Source of the DNA: the human T2T-CHM13v2.0 reference genome, Homo sapiens
NCBI RefSeq assembly: GCF_009914755.1
Contig: NC_060929.1
DNA: 64,000 bases
Direction: 5' to 3' (one strand)
This document shows, in pieces, positions 21,086 through 35,960 of the stretch (position 1 is its first letter; every line of letters starts with the position of its first letter). Under the pieces are notes generated by a model, which saw only the letters and a list, made by a program, of their open reading frames with translations, ran no database searches and was not told the origin of the DNA. The translations under genes and the position numbers were made by a program.

Positions 21086-21619
21086 TCCTTACCACCACCA
21101 TAACAGTTAACCTCTGCCACACTGTATACTTCTCTTTCCATCTCTGCCCCCTCCACTGTCCTAGTCATGGCCTCATGCCCTCCCCACATGTCCCCATAAC
21201 CAACTGTCTTCTCTGAGGTCAAACCCAGAAGTTATCAAACCAGCTGAATCAGTCACAGTACCAACAGGAAACAGATGGCGGGCTAAAATTGATAATTTGA
21301 AGAAAGTTTAATATAGGAACTATTTGTGGAATTGTGGGTGGGGTGGAGAGCAATGAAAAGGAAGGAACACTGCAGTTCACAGGGTTAGTAAAGGTGGGTG
21401 CTGTTTATGGCCTGAGGCCTGAAGACGCAAGGGTGGGAGCAGTTACTGTACTCTGGAGACAGACAGAGCTGTGTGAAGAGGGTCCCCTAACAGGAATTGG
21501 GCCACAGAGCCAGCCTTGCAGCCCCTGGGGTGAGGGTGGGGGTAGAATGCAAAACACCTCAGCTCCTGCTGGTGCTTCCCGCTTAGATGAGCCCACCAGA
21601 AAACTAGACATCAAGGAAA

Positions 21620-22085
21620 TCTATCTTAGTTTCCCTCAGAAGCAGATTGTGGGATAAGGGTTTAAGTGCAAGTCATTTATTTGAGAGGTTCAAAGGTTCA
21701 GGGTATACCAGTAGGGAACTGAGGAAGTGAAATAAAGAAGAGAAGACAGCTGGTATGATTGTGTTATTAAGCCAGCTATCATAGTGGGTGACTGGAGCCT
21801 AGTCCCACAGAGAAACTCTGGAAACAATGTAAACACACCTCTCAGAATTATTTCACTGAAGGGTGAGGGAGTTGGGATATTTATACTCCTAAAGTCTTTG
21901 GTTGAGGGCTGCTCCTGGAGAAAAGGGTTAATTCCTGGATACTTTTGGACTGACAGACCAACCTTCTGTGTTTCTGGGAAAAGCCCTCAGACACAAAGAT
22001 ACAGATACTGGCAATTGGAAGTCTGTGAAACATTGAGGTGGAGAAGGCCTAAGAGATTTGCGCAGGGATTGGCAGTGTCTGCTAC
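21620..22085. mobile_element. ERVL-type LTR (LTR16/LTR33-like)
   Basis: TTCCCTCAGAAGCAGA...AAGTGCAAGTCATTTATTTGAGAGG start motif typical of this group. Confidence 0.5.
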
Positions 22086-23940
22086 CAGGCCCACTGATGG
22101 GATACATTCAGATGAACCTCCCATTCACAAGGCAGGATGGAGAACTGTGCAGAGGGTGAATCTGGAAGCAAAAATGAAACTTAAGTGCATGCTTAAAGTT
22201 AATAAGTAAAACTTATTAATACTCTCTTAAATAGAAATACACTGTATAGGTTTCAAAACAGTATTTTTTCCCTTTTATTCTCACAGTTACTCTACCCTCT
22301 CTTGTAACCATGTAGCTAATTGTCTGATTCTGCTTGTGCATTATGCAGTGTGCATTGCAATTCTGATTGTGCCTGTGCATCTCACTGTGCCTTACCTAGG
22401 TCAGTAATTACTCCATTTCAATGAGCAGAAAAAGAGGCACAGAGAGGACCTAACTCAATAAGAGTCATTCAGATGCAAGACATTTAGCATCAGTTCTTTT
22501 ACTTCCTGTTGGGTAATCTTAGAAAAGTTAACATATCCTCTTTGGGCTTCTGTTTTCTGATGTGTAAAATAGGGGTTAATAACATTTTCACCCTAGAATT
22601 GTTTTAAGGACTAAGTAATATAATGCACATAAAATCTTTGCTATACAATAAATGCTAAATAAGTGTTTCGTTCAAGTAAATATTCTTTTTTGAAAAATAT
22701 AGGCAAAGGCATATAAATATTTGAGACGAAAGTTTACTTCAAAAATTTGAACAGAGATATCTTCTGGTAATAGACACTCTATTATCTCTAGCTACATGAC
22801 TGTGTAATAATTGAACACTTTGGAATTAAGCCATGAGAATTGATTCAAATAATTATAACCACACTAATGAGACCATATGACTATCACTCCACTTCAAAGC
22901 TATAAAACAGAACGCTTCCATTTCCTCTTCTTTCTCCCTGTCTGCTTAGCACTTTGTTTTATCTCAAATTCCACATGTTCGAGAAGTTTCATCATTTCAC
23001 CATCCTTCCTTATCATTAATTCAATGAAGGCTTTCAGCCATAATACAAAAGTTTTAATTAAAATAAAAATTCCTGTATCTTATGTTCAGGCTAGAAGGTT
23101 ATTTCTTTTGAGTTAGCAAGTGAGTGGAGCTACCCCCAAAGAGTAAGAAGGCATTTTGCCCAAGGATTTATAGAACAAACAGAACTTTGGGAATTTTTTC
23201 AGGAAGAAAGGGGAAGAGAGGGAGACTAGTAATTTCAGGAGTCCTGGTGCTTATTGCCTGACTTTTGGGAAGACCCGAGCTGTTTAGGGGCCTGTAAGTG
23301 AGAAACTAATGTCTGAGCCAGGACAGATTCATCAGTGAAACAAAATAGATCACCCTAACACAGGTATGCTTTTAATTAAAAACTGTAGTAATCTTAAGAT
23401 CCTTGAGCCTTAGCTTTAAAAAAGTTTTGGAGGTGCAAGTGACTACAGAGAACATTTAACTGAACTATCTTCTTTTCACTTCTGGAGCCTGAAGATATAG
23501 AAAGAAGAAGGGACTTCCTCAAGGTCACATAGCAAACTAGCGACAGAGCCAGGACTAGAAGTCATGGTTTAGTACTGTTTAGTGCCAGTTTAGTACCATT
23601 ACCTTGTGCCAGTGACACACTCCTTGCCCCCATACCCCAGTCTTCCACCGCCTCAATGAAAACCTTCTGCGATATCTCTCTGCTCCCATACCTCCAGTGT
23701 TAGGGAACCCATGACATCCCAAGAAAGCCTGTTCTGTCCAATTTCGGACAGCTCTTTAAAAAAATTCTTTCTTTGGGTGAACTGAGATTTGCTTCTTCTC
23801 AGCTGACACTCTCTGATTCTAGGTCGGCTCCCTCTGTCCCAGGCATACTTCAGAGGTTTGCTCAGATTCCCCATTGCCTACATGAGTCCTCCCATCTCTA
23901 GACTAAACATCCTATTGTCTTACAATTCTATTCTGTTTTT

Positions 23941-24278
23941 GGCTGCAGTGATCTATGATTGTGCCACTGCACTCGAGCCTGGGTAACAGAGCAAGACCTT
24001 GCCTCTTAAAAAAAATCAGTGAACTTTGAGCAAAGCAGATTATCCTCCATAATGTCGGTGGACCTCATCCAATCAATTGAAAGCCTTAAGAAAAAGATAG
24101 ACCTTCCCTAGGAAGGGGGAATTCTGCCAGCAACCTGCTTTCAGACTCAAGATGCAACATCAAGTCTTCCCTAGGTTTCTAGCCTGCTGGGCTACCCTGC
24201 AGATTTTGGACTGGCTAGCCTTTACAATCATGTAAGCCACTTTCTTAAGAATCAATCTCTCTTTCTTGTTCTCTCTCT

Positions 24279-24343
<65 letters not shown>

Positions 24344-24380
24344 GGTTCTGTTTCTCTGGAGAACTCTCTGAGTTAATACA
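23941..24380. mobile_element. Alu 3' fragment (23941-24013) abutting an MLT2-type LTR with (TC)n(CA)n at ~24270-24341
   Basis: GGCTGCAGTGA...GGGTAACAGAGCAAGACC-A tail, then AAAGCAGATTATCCTCCATAATGT...GGTTCTGTTTCTCTGGAGAAC. Confidence 0.75.
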
Positions 24381-25249
24381 ATAGTTTTTCAAGCATACGA
24401 CTTTGCCTTCGGCACAACTTCAGAACTGGAAAGAGAAGTCTTGGTTGACCTCTGGTCATCCTATCATTCATTTATTCATTCATTCAACTAGTAGAGCACT
24501 TATTCTGCACCTAGGTGCAGGTGATAGAAAGGAAAATATCGTAACCAGAAATTTGAACTTAGGGAGGACTTTGATAAAACCAGACCCCACTCAAAATTAT
24601 TAGTGCAGAGTGGCAAAGAGCTTAGGCTCAGTAGTCAAGCTGTCCTGGGTTCATAGTCTGGCTCTAACAATTGTCAGCTGGTAGCCTTGGCTAGTCACTC
24701 AGCCTCCCTGAGCCTCAGTTTCCACATCTGTAAAAGGGAGAATTTGGATTAGATTGTTTTTAATTTTCCCTTTAGTTTTGGACATGCAGTGTTTCAATTT
24801 AGTGAAAATGCAGGAAGGAAAGAATTGTACATAGTATGAAGGCTCTACTCTAGGGCCTAGGGAAAAATCCTATATATGATCATGTCATTCATATATATTA
24901 TCTATTCAAATAAGTAATATTTACTAGACACATGTTCTTTCACATTCATGATTTCACTTGTTTCTATTTCATCCTCATTGAAGCTGCTTCAGTTAGGCAG
25001 TAGCATTCACATTTTGTGGAAGGGAAAACAGAGGCTCGTAGACATTAAATACTTCATCCAAGGTCACCATAAGTGCCAGAACCAGGATTCAAACTCAATT
25101 TTCAAAAATTCTGAACTACATGATCTTGCATTACCTCCTTTTGCCTGGCAATTCTTGACAGTTGGGAAGAATGGCATGAGTTCAAGAACTCTGAAATCTG
25201 TTTTAGCATTGTGTTCTCTTCAAATAGTTTGTCAAAGTATAGTCTTCAA

Positions 25250-25390
25250 GCTGGTGTGGTGGCTCATGCCTGTAATCCCAGCACTTCGGGAGGCCAGAGT
25301 GGGCGGTTCGCTTGAGCCCAGGAGTTCAAGAACAGCCTGGGCAACATGACAAAACACCATCACTACAAAAAGTAAAAAATAAAAAAGTAT
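25250..25390 (+). mobile_element. Free left Alu monomer
   Basis: Single arm with A-tail; TSD-like AAAGTATAGT on both sides. Confidence 0.8.
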
Positions 25391-26742
25391 AGTTTCAAAA
25401 TATTAAAAATATAATTTGTATACATATACATAGAAAGCATGGATCAAAGTTTTATTTAGATGTTTAATGAAGGAACCAGTAGGATGACAAGGAATGCTAA
25501 AATAAAATTAATAGGTTAGATGCAAAATTGGTTAATTACCTACAGGGCAATAAAATCATAACCTTTGGGGTTATCTTTTCTATGAGACAGAAATCATTTG
25601 TATCTCTACTGGATGGTACAAGCTAAAACAAGGAAGAAACCACATTTGTACCATATCAAACTTTCTAAAGTTAACATGTAACTTTACGGGGTTGTAAAAT
25701 GTCTGGACCCCAATTAATAGTAAATAGTCAATCAAACAAAGATCCATATCCTTAGAGAGTCAGATGGTCCTTTAGAGCACACTAGGTCATGCTCTAGTGT
25801 GATGTCAGCAGGACATGTAGTCATCCTTTTGGTGTATTTCCAAATTTCTGGATGATTTTTCTTATCAATCCACCTCTATAATCACAAACTTCAAAAATTG
25901 TGATCACAAAGATGACTGATTTCATTAGAGGATATTTGGCCTAATTCATTTGCACAGAAGCCTCATTGTTGTATGGCCAGCAAATCTAGAGCTATATGCT
26001 TCTGAGCAACTATTACAGCCAGATAATTAGCTTCCACTGGAGATTTCACAAGGAGCTAGGGTTAAATTTTCAATACCCAATATCATTCCAAAGATATTCT
26101 CAACTAGATTGAGATATAGTTCACATGTTATACAATTAATTCATTTAAAGTGTACAATTCAATGGCTTTTAGCATTTACAGATTTACACAACCATCACTA
26201 CAATCAATTTTTGAAGATTTTCATTACCCCAGAAAGAAATACCAGTCTTTAGACATCACCCCACATTCCCTTTACTACCCCTACCACTAGGAAACCACTA
26301 ATCTTTCTATCTCTATCGATTTGCCTGTTTTGGATATTTCATATAGATGGAATAATAGAATATACAGCCCTTTGTGACTGGCTTCTTTCTTTTTAGCATA
26401 CTGTTTTTAGGGTCCATCTATCTTGAAGCCTGCATCAGTACTTTTTGTTATTGCTAAGTAATATTCCATTGTATGGTCATGCAGACTTACTCTAAGAGTC
26501 CAACTTTATTCTTTTGAACTTTTTTCCCTTTATTCTATTGATGTGATATATTACATTGATTTTTGGATGTTGCATTCCTGGGATAAGTCCTACTTGGTCA
26601 TGTTTTATAATCCTTGTATAATTCTGGATTTGATTCGTTGGTATTTTGTTGAAGATTTTTGTGACAATATTCATAAGACACATTGGTCTGTAGTTTTCTT
26701 TTCTTGTGATATGTTTGTCTTATTTTGGTATCAGCATAATAC

Positions 26743-27526
<784 letters not shown>

Positions 27527-28763
27527 AATGGATTGGGAAGTGTGCACTCCTTTTCTGTTATTTGGAAGAGTTTGTGAAGAATTGGTGTGAATTCTTCTTT
27601 AAATGTTTAGTAAACTCACTGGTGAAGCCATCTGGTCCTGGACTTTTAAAAACAATTACCAGTTTAATCTTTTCATTTGTTATGAGTCTATTCAGGTTTT
27701 CTGTTTCTTCTTGAGTGAGTTTTGGCAGTTTGTGTCTTTTCTAGGAATTTGTCTACTTCCTCTAAGTTAGTTAACTGATTGTCAAAGAGTTATTAATAGT
27801 ATTTCCTTGTAATTCACTTTATTTCCAAAAGGTCAGTAGTAAAGGCCCCATTTCCATTTCTGACATCAATTTCATAAATTACTTTTAGTAATTTGGATCT
27901 CAGTCTTTCTTGTTCGGTCTAGTTAAAGGTTGGTCAATTTTGTTGACCTTTTAAAAAAATCAACTTTTTGTTTTCTTGGTTTTCATGTTTTTCTATTCTC
28001 TATTTTGTGGATATGCATTCTAATCCTTATTATTTTCTTCCTTCTAATTGCTTTTGGTTTAGTTTTCTCTTCTTTTTCCAGTGTCTTAGGTGATAGGTCA
28101 GGTTGTTGATGTGAGATCTGTCTTCTTTTTTAATGCAGGCATTTATAGCTATACATTTTCCTCTACATGCTGTTTTAACTACATCCTCTAGCTGCATCAC
28201 ATAGCTGTGTCTTGATTTTCATTCATCTTAAAGTACTTTATAATTTTTTGTGTGATTTCTTCTTTCATACACTGATAGTGTGTTGTTTTATTTTCATATA
28301 TTGTTAATTCCCCAAATTTCTTTCCATTCTTGATTTCTGATTTCACTCTATCATGATTGGAGAATATACTTTGTAAGATTTCAGTCTATTTAAATTTATT
28401 GCAATTTGTTTCATGGCCTGGCATATTTCCAATTCTCGATAGTATTCTATGTACATGTGAGAAAAGTATGTATTATTCGTTGTTTGGTAGAGTGCACTAT
28501 AGATGTGTTTTAGGTCTAGTGTGTGTGTATGGTATTGTTCAATTCTTCTATTTTCTTGTTGATCTTCTGCCTGTTTGTTCTATACAATATTGAAAGTTAG
28601 GTATTGGGATCTTTGACAATTGTTAAATTGTCTACTTCTTCCCTTAATTCTATCAATCTTTATGTTATTTTTTCTCTTGTTAGTGCGTATATTTATAATT
28701 GTTATAATTTCCTGATGGATTAACTCTTTAACATTATCAAATGTGCCTCTTTATCTCTAGTAA

Positions 28764-29066
<303 letters not shown>

Positions 29067-29124
29067 TTTTTGTTTTACTTTTTCTATTACTGATATAGCC
29101 ACTTTGGCTTTCTTTTTTAAAAAC

Positions 29125-29330
29125 CAGTAACATGGTCATTTATTATTACTATTATCAAGTATTATGTACTGTACATAATTGTATGTGCTATACTTTTATA
29201 TGTCTGGCAATGCAGTGGGTTTGTTTAAACCAGCATCACTACAAACACATAAATAATGTGTTGTGCTATCATGTTACAATGGCTACGATGTCACTAAGTG
29301 ATAGGGATTTTTCAGCTCCATTATAATCTT
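29125..29330. mobile_element. TcMar-Tigger fragment (Tigger3-like)
   Basis: AAGTATTATGTACTGTACATAATTGTATGTGCTATACTTTTAT...TTTTCAGCTCCATTATAATCTT. Confidence 0.6.
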
Positions 29331-29857
29331 TATTTTTACTTCAGCTTTCCTATGGTTGCTGTTTGCGTTATATATATGTATATATATATTTTTTATCCTT
29401 TCTTTTGCTTTCAATCTATTTATATCTTTGAATCTAAAGTGTGCCTCCTGAAGACAGAATATAGGTTGGATCTTGTTCTTTGCATTTTTTAAAATCCAAT
29501 CTGATAATCACTGCCTTTTGATAGGACTGTTGAATCCATTTGCATTTAATGTTATTATTGATATAGCTGGATTTAAATCTGCTATTTCACTTTTTGTTTT
29601 TATATCTTTCAAGTATGTTCACTCTTTTATTCTTCCTTTATTGCTTTCTTTTGCATCAAATGAATATTTTTCTAGGGTAATAATTTATATTTTAAAATTT
29701 TTCTTCTTTGCTCATTTATTCCAATATCAGAAAACCAGAGCCAAGACATTAATTTCCATCTGATTTTATATGCAGTCTTTAAAAGTGAGTGACTTTCTCT
29801 TTTCCCAAGGGCCTTAGCGTTTGCTAAATTTGCTGGCCTGATGGTAAGTAAGCATTA

Positions 29858-30234
29858 TGATATAGTTTGGATGTTGTCCCTGCCCAAATTTCATGCTGAA
29901 ATGTAATTCCACTGTTGGAGATGGGACCTGGTGGGAGGTGACTGGATCATAGTGGCAGTTTTCTCATGAATGGTTTAGTGCCATCCCCTTGGTACTGTGT
30001 TCATGATAGTGAGTTATCTTGAGATCTGGTCGTTTAAAAGTGTGTGACACCTTCCCCCTCTCTTTCTTGCTCTTGCTTTCGCCATGTTACGTGCCTACTC
30101 CTGCTTCACCTTCTGCCATGACTGTTAGCGATGCTTCCTATACACCCCACAGAACCGTGAGCCAGTTAAGCCTCTTTTATAAATTACCCAGGCTTAGATA
30201 TTTCTTTATGACAATGCAAGAGAAGCCTAATACA
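29858..30234. mobile_element. MaLR solo LTR (MST-type)
   Basis: TGATATAGTTTGGATG...CTAATACA with a perfect 5-bp TSD CATTA (29853-29857, 30235-30239). Confidence 0.88.
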
Positions 30235-31270
30235 CATTACTAGCACAATGCTGGAACCCTGTAAGCCAAATAATAGGTACCAGATCAGTTTTCTGGGAAG
30301 GCTTTGTAGCCTTGCTTCTGCAAAGGAAGTACTACACTTATTCTTTAATGGTTATGTGATTATAGCTGATTAAATGAAATTTATTCTCAAATATAACTCT
30401 TTGGATGGCTTTGATTATATGATTGATTTTTTCAATACATCTTGGTAAAAAGGATGGCAGATTCGTTGAATCTGTTCAAATAATTACATAGCCAAGGATT
30501 CAGTAAAAATATTTACTCTCAAATTCTGATGGGCCAGTGGGAACAAGGTATCATTAAAAATATTTCATTTCAGTTTGCAATAAGCATAGTTTGTTAAAAT
30601 GAGGGTTAGCAATAGATGAAGAAGAAAGGACTTCCTCTTACACTCATCAGAAAATGGGACATTAAAAACAATCTAACACTATTCCAAAACAAATAATCAT
30701 GATTATATTTCCCTTGTTGGCTTATTAGGCTAATGTGATTCATTCTTGACTCACAAATCTTGGATCAGCAGTATACTTCCATGGTTTGTTGCTTCAGGAC
30801 AAAAGAGTCCTAGCAATCCTGATTCAGTGCTGTGGTTCAGTCTATAGATGTCTACTTGTGGTCAGAAGTCAGCGAATACTGATAAGGCTGGGGCTGTAAG
30901 TCTATTCTAGCTAAGAGCATCTGATAAAATCTTTTCCACCAAGGCTCTGGGGCTGTCCTTTGTTGACCTCTTTAGCTTATAGCAGAGGTCTTTAGGCAAG
31001 CATGGAAGAAAAATAAAAACCACCTTTTGTTGATTAAATTTAAGGCTCTATTAATTTATTACAGTAAACAACTATATCAGAATAGGGGAGAATAAAATCT
31101 TCTACTGTGTTATGGATTTTGTCAGTGTATTCTCAAGGGTAATGGGGACAAGGACAAATCTACTTTAAAAAGTAACATAAGGAAGACAACTTATTTATTA
31201 AACATCATGTGGGCTTAATATATAATGAAATTCTAACAACATTATTGAGCCAATTAAGAAATATGAAGCA

Positions 31271-31743
<473 letters not shown>

Positions 31744-32276
31744 CCTTTTGCATTTCTTTAAGTGGTAAAATAAAACATATACGTTAATATAATCCAAAGG
31801 TTTATCAACTCTCAAACATATAAAAATAAGAGGCAAAGGTGTGCAAATGGTGTTCAATACCATGCTTGGTGACCAATGTTTTTGTATTCTATCTTTCTTA
31901 GAAATTATCCAAGCAGCTAAGATTATTCACCAGTTTACTTGATTTAGTATCAATCTAAATTCTCAGTTAATTAAAGACCTTGGAAATTAAGTTGATATAT
32001 TACAGAGTAACATAATCATTGATGATATAAACTATTTAGGAAATTCAGTTTAACTACAATCTCCATGATAAAACACTCTCCATCACTCTCTCATCATCTT
32101 GCTTTATGTTCTTCATGGTTTCGCAAACCGGTATCATCTTGCTTATTTATTTGCTTACTTATTTTTTGTGAATATTTTCCCAGTAGATGTAAGCACAATA
32201 AATAAAGATAATTTGTCTTCCTTAGTGCCTAGAACATGTAGGAGATATTCAATAAATAGCTTTGAATGAAGGAATA

Positions 32277-32866
32277 CAGTAAGTCCTCACTCAGCCTCCT
32301 CAACAGGTTTTGGACACTTTGATTTTGAGTGAAACTATGTATAAGGAAACCAATTTTACCATAGACAAATGGACAGAAAGAAGAGTTAAGTTCCTACAGC
32401 ATATTTCTGATAACAAAAGTACCACCAAACTTCTAAATAAAGACTAAAACACTTCCAATATTGAACACTGAAATAATTGTGAACCATACATACATTTAAG
32501 AAAGATTAGTAAAAACAAGGAAGAGAATTATTTACCTGCTTATTCCAGTTTAGAGTTCAGTGGCCAGAGCCTGTCCCGGCAGCTCAGGGCTCGAGGCAGT
32601 AACCAGCCCTGGACAGGACGCCATCACATCGCAGAGCAGACTCACCCACACCCACAATCGTTCACACTGGGACTACATAGACACAGCAGTTTGCCTAACA
32701 TGCATATCTTCGGGATGTGGGAGGAAACTGACCGGGGTACCTGGAGAAAACCCAGGAAGACATGGGGAGGACATGCAAATGCCACACAGACGGTGATCCC
32801 AGCAGGGAAACAATTTTTTTTCCTCATCAACGTTATAACAGAAGGATGTTATTCAGGGGTCTGCTG
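32277..32866. mobile_element. TcMar-Tigger DNA transposon relic (MER82-like)
   Basis: TA|CAGTAAGTCCTC...GGGGTCTGCTG|TA: imperfect terminal inverted repeats with TA target duplication. Confidence 0.75.
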
Positions 32867-33139
32867 TATATGAATAAAATATTTACTCATCATAATTGTA
32901 CCAGATGTGAGGAATAGGTCTCATTTTACTATTTTATGGAGCTTGGGTGGGCTACTGGGTGACAGACTCGAAATACTGGTTTTCTGATTTCTAATACAAT
33001 ATGTCATATTATTCCCCAAAAGTAAATAAATATATTTGTACAAGTGAAAAATGAAAAGAAAATGTCTCGTGTAGATATGATTCTTAAAGAGGGTATTTGC
33101 TATGGATTGCATCCTAATGGGGGCCTCTTTAGGCAGTGG

Positions 33140-33452
33140 TTTGTTTGTTTGTTTGTTTGTTTGTTTTTTGGAGACAGAGTCCCACTCTATTGCCCAGGCT
33201 GGAGTGCAGTGGGGCAATTCGGCTCACTGCAGCCTCCGCTTCTGGGATTCAAGTGATTCTCCTGCCTCAGCCTCTCCAGTAGCTGGGATTACAGGCGCCC
33301 GCCACCACGCCTGGCTAATTTTTGTGTTTTTAGTAGATACAGGGTTTCACCATGTTGGCCAGGCTGGTTTCGAACTCCTGACCTCAGGTGATCTGCCCGC
33401 CTCGGCCTCCCAAAGTACTGGGATTACAGGCATGAGCCACTGCCCCTGGCCA
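33140..33452 (-). mobile_element. Alu (AluSx-like) with (TTTG)n tail
   Basis: Full dimer, CCTGACCTCAGGTGATC diagnostic. Confidence 0.92.
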
Positions 33453-34020
33453 AGGCCGTCTTTTGATGGCAGCCAATGTCATTAGACTACAACTTCTTCT
33501 GTACAAGTTCCCCAAAGTATCAGGGGCTCTCTAAGAGAGTATTACTTATTTCTTTCAGGTCCTGATGGTTTTCTCTTTGGAGTGGTTGTAATAGAGGACC
33601 AAGGAAGTTGTGAGCTGTTTTCTGGCTTTTGCTGTAACAAAAGCTTGTTGCTGAAATTGACTATTTCCCCCACTCCTGCATCCCAACACAGCATCCATTA
33701 TTCTTCCCTTCAGTGCTCTCTTTGCAAAATCAGTCTAGCCTAGGCAGCAGACTTAACATGGTATGCTCCTGTGGGGATTCATACTTTATTTCTGGCTTGC
33801 TTTTAGGGTCCCAGGGCAAGTCGATATTAAAGAGATACTAATAAATTGCTAAATGGAAAGGGAGACTAGGACTCAGCTGGCTCCAGGCCTGAGCTTCTGC
33901 CTTGTCCCAGAGGGAAGCCAATGTTCACAGCAGGGCACATGGAGTTACCAGTTGTCCACCCAAAGGAACTCTCATCCCCTTCACTAACCAGGGAAAATGT
34001 CATATTAAGATTGTCCTCCT

Positions 34021-34106
34021 GTTGCAGTGAGCCGAGATCATGCCACTGCACTCCAGCCTGGGCGACAGAGCGAGACTCCGTCTCAAAAAAAAAAAAAAAA
34101 AAAAAA
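34021..34106 (+). mobile_element. Severely 5'-truncated Alu (last 64 nt plus poly-A)
   Basis: Perfect 14-bp TSD AAGATTGTCCTCCT at 34007-34020 and 34107-34120; TT|AAGA endonuclease-type site. Confidence 0.93.
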
Positions 34107-35039
34107 AAGATTGTCCTCCTTCAATCTTTTTTTACTATTAAATGAGAGCTTTGTATTAAACTATTCAGAATTGGGTTGTCCTTGTTTTTAGGTTCCCACA
34201 CTATCTCTTTTGAATAAAACATGTTGTTGGGTGACAGCCCTTAGGGTTTTTCTCAAATCATTTCTCATGTGAATCCCCTTCATCCTCACTGTCCTTCCCT
34301 TAAGAAACTGGCGTGTGATAATGATGATTTAGAGGTCATTTCTGCTGACCTCATCCCTGAATCAGAGGAAACAGCATGGAGTAAGTTCTAAGTTCGGGGC
34401 CCACACCATATCAAATTTAGGCCTGGGGAAGGCAGTATGGCTCTTTCCAAACCCTCCAAAACACTACTGGGCTCCAAGACTGCTCAAGGTCTCACTGATA
34501 GTCAAGGCTTGTGCTCCTTTTTTTCAGAAGAGTAAGATTAAAGAAAACCACTGTGAATTAAAAAGTGTGGGTGCCAACATGGGACGGGAGTCCCCCCTCA
34601 CTCCATGGATGACATAGAGGGGGCAGAAGATTACAGAATTGGCATTGTCCTGCGTGGAAGCTGGGCCACCCACAGTGGCGTGGGAAGCCTCTCAGATGCT
34701 GGATTCTAATGGGCTCTTGATCACCTTGGATTGGGCTATTTCATTGTTATCACAAAATAAACAGGATGCTCCAAGTCATGTTATGGCAGAGAACCAACCA
34801 GCTTCACACTGGTCCTCTAAACCAATCCTCACAACAGGACTGGGAGACAGGTGTTACCTTTCCCACTTTACAGAGAATGAAACAGAGTGGCAAAGCCTCC
34901 GAAGGACCCTACACTTCGGACATCGCAAAGCAGGATCTGAGTCCCGGCTCCTCTGTCCAAACCTACTTGCTAGGCTTTCTTTCCCATGTCTACTCTATAG
35001 CTGGAAAGGTCGTGGAGGACACATTTTAGGCCAACCCTC

Positions 35040-35960
35040 TCGGTTTACAATCCAGAGAGGGGAGACCCTCAGAAGCCAAGCGACATGTCCACGGCTACGC
35101 GGCGAGTGTGTGGCAACGTGGAAGGGGAGCCCGAGACGCCCTGGTCTCTCCCTTCTCTCGCAGGTTCCTTTCTCCCCGAACGCAGCCCGCAGGGGACGCT
35201 GGAGGAGGAGCTGAGCTGGAGTTGCCGGGGCCCCGGGACCGGGCGTTCCGGGGGCGGTCCCCAGCAGCCGCGCATTCCAGAGCCAGCAGCGCGTCCTGGC
35301 CGCTCCTGCGCTCTCCCGCCTCCCGGGGCTCGGAGGAGCCGGGGCACGTTCCAGGAGCTGCCTAGGGCTGAGGTTCCAGGCCTGGGGGTCGCTTCCAGCT
35401 GCCAGATCCCGTGCAGTCCTGGGGACCCTGAGAAGCACCGAGCCATCCCTGACCCAGGAACTTTCCGCAGACTCGCCGCCATCTGGGGTGAGTGGGGCCA
35501 CCGGGGGATTGTTTGTGGGGCTCTGGCAGAGCGGAGCTCTTCGGATTCGCGACCTACCTCTAGTGCGGCCCCTTTCCCCGGGCTCCCAACGTTCTTCTTT
35601 ATGTCCGGTCTCTCCTCCCCATTTCTCCCTTTTCATCACTTTTGTATTTCTTGCCCTCACCCCCTCCTTTTTCTCCTGCTGTCAGCTCTTAAGTTCGAGC
35701 CTCCTAGTGCACAGAATTTTGGGCCTGGGGGAGGCGGAGCTTGGGTGGGCGAACCCCAGCCCCACTCGGAGACTGGCTTCTCTCCGGGTCCGCTGCCCTT
35801 GCCTTCTCGGGAAGCCTCCTCCTCGGGCAGACTGCCACCTCCTGGCTCTCCAGGCCCAGCGTCAGGGTTCAGCGCCCGGGCCTGAGCACCTGCTTGGGCG
35901 CTGCGCTGGGTTTGGGTCTTTGCACTTACCTGTCCCGCTTTTCTCGAGGCCCCGTGTAGA
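35040..35960 (+). promoter_or_regulatory. SMIM3 CpG-island promoter
   Basis: GC/CpG-rich block, GC box GGGGCGG, kappaB-like GGAACTTTCC (35457-35466), YY1-type GCCGCCATCT (35475-35484). Confidence 0.85.
35270..35487 (+). other. SMIM3: SMIM3 non-coding exon 1 (start approximate, donor exact)
   Basis: Strong donor GGG|GTGAGT at 35488 inside the CpG island, the only island upstream of the coding exon on this strand. TSS cannot be fixed from sequence. Confidence 0.7.

Noticed and set aside
23575-23615. Short GTTTAGT(A/G)C tandem units
   Set aside because: Three degenerate ~10-bp units, consistent with ordinary slippage.
33044-33485. Alu-derived ORFs ([14 protein letters not shown]..., also at 9.4, 12.5, 18.5, 28.8, 41.4-42.4, 54.3 and 57.1 kb)
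   Set aside because: Standard translations of the Alu consensus, not genes.
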